DNA of 20,000 nucleotides from an uncultured virus (IMG/VR IMGVR_UViG_3300024258_000016) (Duplodnaviria; Heunggongvirae; Uroviricota; Caudoviricetes). Of this stretch, positions 1 through 7,595 are shown piece by piece (within the stretch, counting starts at the first letter, position 1; each line of letters starts with the position of its first letter). Made by a program: the position numbers and the translations under genes. The notes beneath the pieces are model-generated. The model did not search any database. It saw only the letters and a list, made by a program, of their open reading frames with translations, and was not told the DNA's origin. The stretch lies in the IMG/VR virus record IMGVR_UViG_3300024258_000016; one strand, given 5' to 3'.

Positions 1-399
1 AACGTAATTATATGTAGTCAAAGTTTCTGAACAAGCGATATCTTCCATTGTCAAATCTTCCGCTCGGACGTGAACATATCCTCCTTGATCTTTTGCAACT
101 AAACCTTTTCTTAAGTTAATTTTAAGTTTACACATTACTCGATGTTCATACGATCCTCTCAAACTCATACCATTTTCAAGAAAGATCTCTCTACTTGCTA
201 ATTTTGGAGAATTATAAAACGCTTCAATCTTTCGATATCCATTGAGAGTTCTTACACTAATATCGACAAAGTCATTCTTAATTGTATTATCTTCTTCAAT
301 TTTGATATCAAGTTTTTTGAATAATTCACCAATTTGGATTGTTTCTAACTTGTTGGTATTGTTCCATTTAATGTCAACATTTGTATCGTAAAATTGACA
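1..399 (-). mobile_element. Intein (N-terminal splicing region) inserted immediately after the Walker A lysine of the helicase
   Basis: After GGGK the expected S/T is replaced by CQFYDTNVDI (block A, Cys codon 397-399). This is followed by IQIGELF, VRTLNGYRKI, block B-like LENGMSLRGSYEHRVM and VRAEDLTMED, all typical of Hint domains. Confidence 0.88.
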
Positions 400-1026
400 T
401 TTTCCGCCCCCACTGGTCGAAATTACCACTCCCATTTCGCCCTTACCAAGGCCACCTTGAGTAATCTTGTCAACTTCTTCCCAACCAGTAGGGATCTCTT
501 TTCTCATCTTATCTTCGTATCTCTTCTCGAAATCGATGATGAGATCTTGACCCAGATTGTTATCGACACCTAACTTTAGAGCATCATTAACAATCTTCTT
601 AATCTTATCATACGATGCCTCATTGGCCTCTTCAATCAACGGAACAGATTGTAAAATAGCTGCCTTTAACTTCTGCCCCTTGGCAAAGTCAATAGCTTTC
701 TCTTTTGTATATTCTGCCCCCTCAATCTCTACAGATAACTTAATTTTGGCATAGAATCCCCTAACCTGTTCTTGAACAAGTTCAATTTCTTTATCCAACT
801 CTGTTCTCAATAGAACTTCAATAATTTTATATGTTGGGTGAGTCTTGTATTTATGTCGATAGTCAAAAATGAGATGAATAAATGTTCTTAGATATTCATA
901 CTCAAAAAAACTATACTCTAACAACTCCCCAAATTGATCCGCAAAGGCCCTGTCAAGTAACAGCAAGTGTACTACATTCTCTTGAAAGCCCTTCCCAAAT
1001 CTTGAAAATGTTTCATTATTTGTCAT
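1..1026 (-). CDS. dnaB: Replicative DnaB/T4 gp41-like helicase, intein-containing (3' part outside window)
   Basis: Not in the ORF track. Manual translation from ATG at 1026 (MTNNETFSRFGKGFQENVVHLL...) is open to the left edge. It contains IPTGWEEVDKITQGGLGKGEMGVVISTSGGGK, the typical SF4 helicase lead-in to Walker A. Confidence 0.9.
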   Translation of the reverse strand, partial: MTNNETFSRFGKGFQENVVHLLLLDRAFADQFGELLEYSFFEYEYLRTFIHLIFDYRHKYKTHPTYKIIEVLLRTELDKEIELVQEQVRGFYAKIKLSVEIEGAEYTKEKAIDFAKGQKLKAAILQSVPLIEEANEASYDKIKKIVNDALKLGVDNNLGQDLIIDFEKRYEDKMRKEIPTGWEEVDKITQGGLGKGEMGVVISTSGGGKCQFYDTNVDIKWNNTNKLETIQIGELFKKLDIKIEEDNTIKNDFVDISVRTLNGYRKIEAFYNSPKLASREIFLENGMSLRGSYEHRVMCKLKINLRKGLVAKDQGGYVHVRAEDLTMEDIACSETLTTYNYV

Positions 1027-1047
1027 ATATGTTTTTCCTTATTAATG

Positions 1048-1227
1048 TTAGTCTTCTACTAATGATTCTGTATCTACATAATTTAAATTACCATCACCAT
1101 CAAATGTAAAACACGCCTCTGCATCTGCCTTTGTAAACACAACATAAACAGAATCATATCTTGTAGTTGTTGTATATTTAATTTCTGCCCATTCTAGCAT
1201 ATCGATAAATTGCTCAAAATGTGTCAT
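1048..1227 (-). CDS. Small hypothetical protein (59 aa) with FTFDxDG motif
   Basis: Below the ORF-track cutoff. Manual translation: MTHFEQFIDMLEWAEIKYTTTTRYDSVYVVFTKADAEACFTFDGDGNLNYVDTESLVED*. It fills the gap between endonuclease and helicase, with AAGGA upstream. Confidence 0.75.
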   Translation of the reverse strand: MTHFEQFIDMLEWAEIKYTTTTRYDSVYVVFTKADAEACFTFDGDGNLNYVDTESLVED

Positions 1228-2254
1228 ATTGTCCTTTTGTTAACAAGTTGTGTTCATAAAGGCTTATCTTTTTTTCAATTACCCAACCCTTATAATTTCC
1301 AACTCTTTTTATCTCTTGTAAATTAACTTTATCTTTCCAACTCTTTACGTTCTTGTTTATTCCATCATCTCCGTAAAAAAAATCTCTCATTCCTTTTGTC
1401 CCTATAATCGTATACAAATTCCCCAAAGGATCTAGAACATAATAAACTAACTTTAATTTTTCTGATGCTTTGTCTGTAGTTTCTTTTGTATGTTTTTTTC
1501 CAAAAAAGTGATTGTTTTTCCCTCGACAACTTTCTCTAAACTCTTCGCTTCTGGGCTTTCTAAGTTTTTCGAGAGTCGCTTCCGAATGCCAGGGTTTTCC
1601 GTTATTTCTCTTCGTCTCTGTTGCTCGTTCCCTTTGCTCCTTTGTCTGTGGAGTTGCCCGAGCTTTTTTCAAATTTTCACTAGAAATCTTTATATTTTCT
1701 GGCCTTCTTGAGTTTTTTGAAATCTTTTCTTTCGTCTCTTCGCTGTGTCGTCTACCTGTTGCTTTCTTCCTAAGATTTTCGATTGCTTCTGGATGTTCTT
1801 TGTAATGCTTCTTTAATGATTCACTAATTTTTTTCCTGCATTCATCCTCTTTGAGGGGATCTCGATTTCTCTTTTCATTTGGATGATTTTTGTAGTAATT
1901 TTTGGTTGCTTGACTTAATTTCTCTCTTGTTTCTTTAGAAACTTCATATGCTTTTCCTCCACCACCTTCGAGGTTACACAAATTCCCTAACCCATATTTT
2001 TCAATCTCTTCCTTTTCTCTGTCATACACGGTCTGTTCATCCAAACATTCAAACTCCTTTTTATATTCAACATCCTCATATCCTTCATTTAATATTTTCT
2101 TAATTTTTGAATATAGTTTAGCATTTGTCCCGTTTGGGTACTGTCCTCTCTTCACAGCATTGATATGGTGCCTCATTCTATTTCCGCTTCCCTTCCCAAC
2201 GTAAAATACAGTTTCGTCTCTTGGGTCGATCAATAAATAAACATAATATTCCAT
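1214..2254 (-). CDS. Free-standing GIY-YIG (LEM-3-like) homing endonuclease with NUMOD3-type DNA-binding repeats
   Basis: N-terminal YYVYLLIDPRDETVFYVGKGSGNR...E...N GIY-YIG domain; repeats such as VSKETREKLS, HSEETKEKIS, HSEATLEKL and GKNNHFFGKKHTKET; strong GGGAGG RBS. Confidence 0.88.
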   Translation of the reverse strand: MEYYVYLLIDPRDETVFYVGKGSGNRMRHHINAVKRGQYPNGTNAKLYSKIKKILNEGYEDVEYKKEFECLDEQTVYDREKEEIEKYGLGNLCNLEGGGGKAYEVSKETREKLSQATKNYYKNHPNEKRNRDPLKEDECRKKISESLKKHYKEHPEAIENLRKKATGRRHSEETKEKISKNSRRPENIKISSENLKKARATPQTKEQRERATETKRNNGKPWHSEATLEKLRKPRSEEFRESCRGKNNHFFGKKHTKETTDKASEKLKLVYYVLDPLGNLYTIIGTKGMRDFFYGDDGINKNVKSWKDKVNLQEIKRVGNYKGWVIEKKISLYEHNLLTKGQYDTF

Positions 2255-2302
2255 TTTCTCTTCCTCCCTTATACCATTAAGTAGTAACGAAGATGGGAAT
2301 CT

Positions 2303-3139
2303 TTACACCATTTTGTTTATTTTTTTCAAAAATTCAACTTTTTCAGAACCTTTTAAGTTATTTTCTTTATTGATGGCAGAACTGAATGTTTCTGCCATGA
2401 TGTGTGACTGTAACACGCTTCTCAAAATCTCAATTTCTTGTGCAGAGAAAGTAGTTGCATTTAGATTATAATCTTCAAACGCACTCAAAGCAATTGGAAC
2501 CCATTCTTTAACAATTTCGTAAATTACTTTTGCATACTCTCGAATTTCAATTTGGGCATGTTCGTCAAGTCTTTGACTCAAAAAATTGAATATATTACGA
2601 AGATTCATGCTCCAATAGAATTCTGTATAAATAGAGGTCGGGAGTACCACTCTCGAAATCTCTCTTGAAACTCCGCTTTCCAATAAAGCTTCGTACGCTT
2701 TTGCCGAATCGTTAACGCTTTTTTGTATTAATTCAACACTTTGCTTTTGAATTTCTTCCTCAAGGGGTTTCTCGCTACCTTGTTTATTTAAAACTCCTTG
2801 CCCAAAAATACGACTCTCTTCGGGAATGAAAAAGTTGCTTTCCAATTTTGAATATCTCCCAGAGATTTCGTTTCGAGAACTTGCCCGATAAGTATAAAAT
2901 TGTCTTGCAACAAAAATCGGCATCTTCATGTGCAACTTTATTTGACACATTTCGAAAGGAGACCAATGAGAATTTCTCATTAAGTATCGAATAAGCTTTT
3001 CGTCCGAAGATTTGTTTTTCAACTTCCCTCCGCTGTAGGAAACTCGTGCAGATTGACAGATGGAGCGATCATCCCCCATCGTGTCAATTAGCTGCACAAA
3101 TCCCTTATCTAATACTTTAACTTCTTTATACTCGCTCAT
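2303..3139 (-). CDS. thyX: Flavin-dependent thymidylate synthase
   Basis: ARVSY, LIRYLMRNSHWSPFE, PIFVARQ...NEISGRYS, REISRVVLP, NLRN, RLDEHAQIEIR. The RHR motif reads TYR. Confidence 0.93.
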   Translation of the reverse strand: MSEYKEVKVLDKGFVQLIDTMGDDRSICQSARVSYSGGKLKNKSSDEKLIRYLMRNSHWSPFEMCQIKLHMKMPIFVARQFYTYRASSRNEISGRYSKLESNFFIPEESRIFGQGVLNKQGSEKPLEEEIQKQSVELIQKSVNDSAKAYEALLESGVSREISRVVLPTSIYTEFYWSMNLRNIFNFLSQRLDEHAQIEIREYAKVIYEIVKEWVPIALSAFEDYNLNATTFSAQEIEILRSVLQSHIMAETFSSAINKENNLKGSEKVEFLKKINKMV

Positions 3140-3142
3140 AAA

Positions 3143-3568
3143 TTACCAGCGAGCCTCTTTGCCTCTTGTATCCACATGAACAAACAGATTATGCTCATCA
3201 AGATAGACAGATAATCCACCCTTCAAAATGTCTCCATTTGTCTGCATGACGTTGATCGTATCATACAGTCTGTTCAAGTCTTCTTGCTTCTCTTCGAGGG
3301 TAGTATCCTCTGTCCAATCGTTAGGACGAATGTCTGCCGCTCTTGCCCGAACATGCTGACTTGTCGTTTCCCCTCCTACACTCGTATTATAGGTTAAGGT
3401 ACGAAACCCACTAAGTACTGTCAATCCTCCACCCCATTCATCTCGAATGAATTGTAAGGTCAATGCCAATGTTCGGATCTCTGCTTTGATGTCTCGTCCT
3501 TCTGTGATTACCTTTGTTCCATCTTTGCAATCAAATTCATGCATTGAAAAATTACGTGTTAGTTGCAT
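3143..3568 (-). CDS. Peptidase M15 family (D-Ala-D-Ala carboxypeptidase-like, YcbK-like) zinc peptidase; possible endolysin
   Basis: NFSMHEFDCKDG, SGFRT..YN..VGG...SQH....AADI and FVHVDTRG..ARW carry the H/D/H zinc ligands. Confidence 0.9.
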   Translation of the reverse strand: MQLTRNFSMHEFDCKDGTKVITEGRDIKAEIRTLALTLQFIRDEWGGGLTVLSGFRTLTYNTSVGGETTSQHVRARAADIRPNDWTEDTTLEEKQEDLNRLYDTINVMQTNGDILKGGLSVYLDEHNLFVHVDTRGKEARW

Positions 3569-3578
3569 TATTGTCTCC

Positions 3579-3872
3579 TTAATTCTTGTAAAATTCGTCT
3601 AATTTCTTCTTACTTGTTCTCTTCGCGATCATAAACTTTTTGAACTCTTCATACTGTCTGTATGACATAAACTCTCGAAGAGCTTCCATACTGTAAAATA
3701 GTTTCAAGTCAAGATTTGCAGAAGGACTTCCATCAATTGGGGCCTTTTCTTCTTTCATGAAAAGAAATAACTGATCACGATCCCAATCGTCTGGGTATTC
3801 TTCCAAAATCGGGAATCTTGCTGCACCTTTTGCAAATTTGAACTTACGGCTTGGCTCTTCGAGAGTTGTCAT
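3579..3872 (-). CDS. Hypothetical protein
   Basis: 97-aa ORF tightly packed in the operon; no recognisable motif. Confidence 0.75.
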   Translation of the reverse strand: MTTLEEPSRKFKFAKGAARFPILEEYPDDWDRDQLFLFMKEEKAPIDGSPSANLDLKLFYSMEALREFMSYRQYEEFKKFMIAKRTSKKKLDEFYKN

Positions 3873-3874
3873 GA

Positions 3875-4438
3875 TTATACCCGATGCTTGTTAATCCATT
3901 CCCATTCGGATGATGTATGGACCTCTACGGTCAGTAGAGTAGTGTGCATTACTTCTGCCTGTACTTTAAATGTTGCAATTGCATATTCATATGCAAGCTC
4001 TTTTGTTGGACGCACGGTGTCAAATAGAGTATTCGAAGAAACCCAAGTATCATCTCCCCCAGTTGCGAATCGTCCACGACAGACAAACCCTCTTGGTGTT
4101 ACCGGATCACTGTGAGTTGTCACTTGCGCATAAGGAACGTTGATAACGTCTTGATGCAATCCTCCATTGACATCTCTGCCTGAAGCATCTTGTTCGTATG
4201 ACCAACTACCTTCTGGTTCAAGATCTTCATTGACATCATCTTCTTCGATTTCATTTTCTTCAATCTGCTTTTCGACATTAAGTTCAATTAGTACACCATC
4301 ATCATCGAAAGTAAAAAGAACAATATCTCCCTCATCGCTCTCCACACGAAGAGTCTTATCGTATGGCCCATTCCGAAATAGTCCAGAAGGGGCACCATAA
4401 TTGTCAAACATATCCTTAGCCGTTTTTAGATCATTCAT
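3875..4438 (-). CDS. Hypothetical acidic two-domain protein, paralog of 4473..5015
   Basis: AGGAG RBS; N-domain ending LFTFDDDG, acidic linker, C-domain GFVCR...VEVHTSSEWEW. Confidence 0.8.
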   Translation of the reverse strand: MNDLKTAKDMFDNYGAPSGLFRNGPYDKTLRVESDEGDIVLFTFDDDGVLIELNVEKQIEENEIEEDDVNEDLEPEGSWSYEQDASGRDVNGGLHQDVINVPYAQVTTHSDPVTPRGFVCRGRFATGGDDTWVSSNTLFDTVRPTKELAYEYAIATFKVQAEVMHTTLLTVEVHTSSEWEWINKHRV

Positions 4439-4472
4439 TTTTTTCTCCTTTTGTTGTTATAGTTATTTGATC

Positions 4473-5015
4473 TTACCAGTTATATCCATTAGTATTGTCT
4501 TTGGCCCATTCCCAACCCTTCTTTGTAAAGGCTTCAACCAACATGATGGAGGACGTTGCATCTGCTACCTCATGAAATTCAACCTTGGCATTAGTGATGG
4601 CCTGATTTGTAGTGTCAGCAAATTCATCAACAACGATAAATGTACGATCATTTTCACTGTCTTTAACAGAAATGAGCTTGACACGGACTACAAACCCACC
4701 TTCACGGACTTCCAAATCTTCACCATGAACAGGTTCTGACTCGTCATCAAACTCGTCATCGTCGTACTCATCTTCATCGTCGTCAATATCACTATCGTCC
4801 CAAAGTCCAGGCCAAAGACCTTCAACTTCATCCTCATCCTCTGCCGAACAAGAATAAGCATTGACAAACTTTTCTTCCTCATCAAAGTAAAAAGATACCT
4901 CTCGCGTAAAATCATCAGTGTCAATAGTAATTCCTCGGTCTCCGTATGTATATTTAAAGCAAATGTTAAGCTTCTTACACATATTCATCATTGTCTGCAT
5001 GTCTGTAATGTTCAT
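4473..5015 (-). CDS. Hypothetical acidic two-domain protein, paralog of 3875..4438
   Basis: AGGAG RBS; SFYFDEEE, D/E-rich linker (DDSDIDDDEDEYDDDEFDDE), C-domain GFVVR...VEAFTKKGWEW. Confidence 0.8.
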   Translation of the reverse strand: MNITDMQTMMNMCKKLNICFKYTYGDRGITIDTDDFTREVSFYFDEEEKFVNAYSCSAEDEDEVEGLWPGLWDDSDIDDDEDEYDDDEFDDESEPVHGEDLEVREGGFVVRVKLISVKDSENDRTFIVVDEFADTTNQAITNAKVEFHEVADATSSIMLVEAFTKKGWEWAKDNTNGYNW

Positions 5016-5037
5016 TTTATTTTCTCCTTTTGTTTGT

Positions 5038-5292
5038 TTATCGTACTTTTCGTTTCTGAGTTTCTTCTCTAAGCTTAAGCCTCATTGCCTTGATAAATTC
5101 CTGCTTAATCTTTTCCCCAAGCTCTTCGTAGGCATAGTCTGCACCACGACTACCCATAGACTGAGCAACTTCTCTCATTGGCAACTTAATCTCAAGAATA
5201 CGATACTCTTGTCGATCCTTTGTGTCAATAAAACTATGTTCTCCAATCACAACTTCAAGATATCTTGCTTCCCTTAGTTTCTTATCAGCCAT
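5038..5292 (-). CDS. Hypothetical protein
   Basis: 84-aa ORF with GGAGG RBS, overlapping the upstream gene's stop. Confidence 0.75.
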   Translation of the reverse strand: MADKKLREARYLEVVIGEHSFIDTKDRQEYRILEIKLPMREVAQSMGSRGADYAYEELGEKIKQEFIKAMRLKLREETQKRKVR

Positions 5293-5581
5293 TATTTTTC
5301 CTCCAAATGTTAATTACTTGCTTCTTTGTCAAATCTAACTTATCCCCTGCCTTTAGGCCATACAGATCTGGTTGAAATAAGGTATCATCAATTGCTACTT
5401 TTAACTGATCTCCCTTTCTGTATGTAACCTTGCCCCAAACTCGTTCTGGGATCTTTTCTTTCTTATTGAAGATTGCAATCTCTACAATCACATTCTTCTT
5501 GATTTCAGTCATAATTGGAGGTTTATCATCATCAGACTTTGCCACCATTTTATCTTTTCTTTCAAGAATTACATAAGACAT
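5285..5581 (-). CDS. Hypothetical protein, weakly DUF2314-like beta protein
   Basis: ERVWGKV...AIDD motif resembles the ExxWxxV...G.l.N pattern of DUF2314. The family call is tentative. Confidence 0.65.
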   Translation of the reverse strand: MSYVILERKDKMVAKSDDDKPPIMTEIKKNVIVEIAIFNKKEKIPERVWGKVTYRKGDQLKVAIDDTLFQPDLYGLKAGDKLDLTKKQVINIWRKNNG

Positions 5582-5787
5582 CAGGTTCTATCTCCAACAA
5601 CAACTTGGATTGACATCCTCTTCTTCAAAGGACATTCTTCTGGAATATCATTCTTAAAGTATCTTGCCGCATTAATGGCTGTCTTGCTTACTCCACAAAA
5701 ATCTTGCACCCTATCTCTCAAGGGGCACTTACTACAAGTTGTTACTGTGATTACTCCATTGTCATTCACTTCCCATCGATTTGCCAT
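5581..5787 (-). CDS. Small Cys-rich (putative zinc-binding) phage protein
   Basis: CSKCP...FC...IPEECPL pattern common in phage small proteins; GGAGG RBS. Confidence 0.75.
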   Translation of the reverse strand: MANRWEVNDNGVITVTTCSKCPLRDRVQDFCGVSKTAINAARYFKNDIPEECPLKKRMSIQVVVGDRT

Positions 5788-5788
5788 C

Positions 5789-6784
5789 TCAATCCTCCAA
5801 TTGCGAATCTCTTACAATTCGTCTCATGTGTTTAAATAACCCTACAAGATTCAAGTCCATGAATCCATCTTCTCCCATCATCCTTTGAAACTTTTGTTCG
5901 TGAAGTTCCATCTTTTGCTCTTCGAGAGTAAGTCTTACTTTGTCCTTGTCATTAATAGTCATCATTGGAGATGATAGCTGCATCATCTTATAGTTTCTTT
6001 CAATGATGTCTTTACCTTCAAGGATATCGTTATAGATCTTTAATTTGCTCTCTTCTTTGTCAATCATGTCAGAACAGTAATCGTAAATATCGCTCATATA
6101 GATATCACGATCTTCATGAAGAAATGGAACCTTCTTTGTCAAAGTCTTAAAACCAACACCACGAACTCCATGTAAATTATCTGATGCATCACCAATGATT
6201 GCCCTGGCCAATGCCATATTCCTTGGATGTACCTTATACTGCTCAATTATGTTCCCTACATTTAATAGTTCATTTTGAGTAGGTCTCATCAACAATGTTG
6301 AACCATTGCAAAGTTGCATGAAATCCTTATCCGAGGACACAATAATCTTACCATATTCTTCCAGACTTGTCAAGGATGAAATGTACGAAATAACATCATC
6401 TGCTTCGGTCTCCGGGAACATAAATTGATGGATTGGAAGGTGTGATAAAAACTCTACAAATCTGTCCATCTGCCAATACTTGTTCTCTCTAAGGTCTTCC
6501 TCTGACATCCCCTCTGTCTCATAATTTCGACGAATGGGTTTTCTACCCTCCTTGTACTCCTTCATGATAGTACGACGCTTCTTTGACCCTCCTGGGCCGT
6601 CATAGACAGCTACTATCATATCTGGCTTAACCTTGTCACAAAGGAATTGTAACGACTTCAATGTCCCTACAATTCCCCCAATTGGATGTCCTGTCGTTGA
6701 ACTGATATTTGGTACCACAATATATGACTTTAAAAATGCCATAGTTGTATCCCAAACGATAATTCTTTTCTTTCTAATTGTCAT
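5789..6784 (-). CDS. 5'-3' exonuclease / flap endonuclease (T4 RNase H / PolI 5' nuclease-like)
   Basis: VYDG, YKEGR, EADDVI, SSDKDF and GDASDNLHGVRGVGFKT (H3TH). The start is probably ATG at 6784 (MTIRKK), with GAGG upstream, rather than 6811. Confidence 0.92.
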   Translation of the reverse strand: MTIRKKRIIVWDTTMAFLKSYIVVPNISSTTGHPIGGIVGTLKSLQFLCDKVKPDMIVAVYDGPGGSKKRRTIMKEYKEGRKPIRRNYETEGMSEEDLRENKYWQMDRFVEFLSHLPIHQFMFPETEADDVISYISSLTSLEEYGKIIVSSDKDFMQLCNGSTLLMRPTQNELLNVGNIIEQYKVHPRNMALARAIIGDASDNLHGVRGVGFKTLTKKVPFLHEDRDIYMSDIYDYCSDMIDKEESKLKIYNDILEGKDIIERNYKMMQLSSPMMTINDKDKVRLTLEEQKMELHEQKFQRMMGEDGFMDLNLVGLFKHMRRIVRDSQLED

Positions 6785-6989
6785 ATAAAATTTCCTCTTC
6801 TCTGTTCTCAAAAATGAGTATACAATTTTCTCGTATATATTCTAAATCATATGTAAATGTTAAATATTGTAGTGAAGAATATACCAGAAAACGAGAATAC
6901 ATCACCTCTCTGTACGTTCTGTCTTCCAAAATTGTCACATATTCTTCATATTCTTTATCATACCAGATACTGTGTTTTCTAATCTTCAT
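6774..6989 (-). CDS. Short paralogous hypothetical protein (array member 5)
   Basis: Likely start MKIRKHSIWYDKEY after GGAG; shares SIWYD with member 4 and KEY..Y..ILE.R with member 1. Confidence 0.7.
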   Translation of the reverse strand: MKIRKHSIWYDKEYEEYVTILEDRTYREVMYSRFLVYSSLQYLTFTYDLEYIRENCILIFENREEEILYDN

Positions 6990-7206
6990 GGTGCTCTCCA
7001 CTGTATCCGATAATTGGTCTAGTTTTATCTTCCCAGACAAGGTGAAATGCCTCGTTAAATCCCCAAAGACTTATTGAAATCATCTTTTTGTCACTAAAGT
7101 AGACTACTTTCATCCATCTACTTGCACTATCTTCATGATAAGAATCGAGATATGCATATTCTCCACAATCATCATCATACCAAATACTATATTGTCGAAG
7201 ATTCAT
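6979..7206 (-). CDS. Short paralogous hypothetical protein (array member 4)
   Basis: Likely start MNLRQYSIWYD with ATGA overlap on the upstream stop. Confidence 0.7.
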   Translation of the reverse strand: MNLRQYSIWYDDDCGEYAYLDSYHEDSASRWMKVVYFSDKKMISISLWGFNEAFHLVWEDKTRPIIGYSGEHHED

Positions 7207-7420
7207 TGCTTTACAACCCAAGTAATGTACTTTTCATTCGATTTAAACCAATACTTGTGTTCTGTAAATGTTTTATCTTTTAATTTTCCATTCAACACTG
7301 TCATTTCCACTGTTGACGAAGAGATAATCTTTGTTACAACTTCCCATCTCTTAAGTGTTCCTTCATGAAAATAGTAAACGTCCCCTACTTTAATATTCAT
7401 TGCTTTACAATCCAAGTGAT
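7201..7420. repeat. Near-identical 26-bp direct repeat at two gene junctions (7201-7226 and 7395-7420)
   Basis: attcattgctttacaacccaagtaat versus attcattgctttacaatccaagtgat, 2 mismatches. Confidence 0.9.
7203..7400 (-). CDS. Short paralogous hypothetical protein (array member 3), SH3/KOW-like
   Basis: MNIKVGDVYY...KRWE...LNG...TFTE...ITWVVKQ; ATGA overlap. Confidence 0.75.
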   Translation of the reverse strand: MNIKVGDVYYFHEGTLKRWEVVTKIISSSTVEMTVLNGKLKDKTFTEHKYWFKSNEKYITWVVKQ

Positions 7421-7594
7421 TTCATTTTTATTTTCTTCATACCAACTCTCAGTCTCAAGGATAAACCTATTCTTTTGGATTCCACCTTTTGCCACAAATC
7501 CGACACAATACGAGTCATTTACGTCCTTATCTATCTTTGTTATAATTTCTACAACATCATTATAACGGTAAATGTCACCTACTTTCATATTCAT
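7397..7594 (-). CDS. Short paralogous hypothetical protein (array member 2), SH3/KOW-like
   Basis: MNMKVGDIYRY...EIITKI...ITWIVKQ. Confidence 0.75.
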   Translation of the reverse strand: MNMKVGDIYRYNDVVEIITKIDKDVNDSYCVGFVAKGGIQKNRFILETESWYEENKNEITWIVKQ

Positions 7595-7595
7595 T

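Noticed and set aside
1027..2302. Group I intron housing the GIY-YIG endonuclease
   Set aside because: thyX and the helicase N-terminus are each uninterrupted, and the flanking non-coding gaps are under 50 bp, too small for a ribozyme core.
7201..7420. CRISPR-like repeats
   Set aside because: Only two copies, 194 bp apart, both protein-coding; no cas genes in the window.
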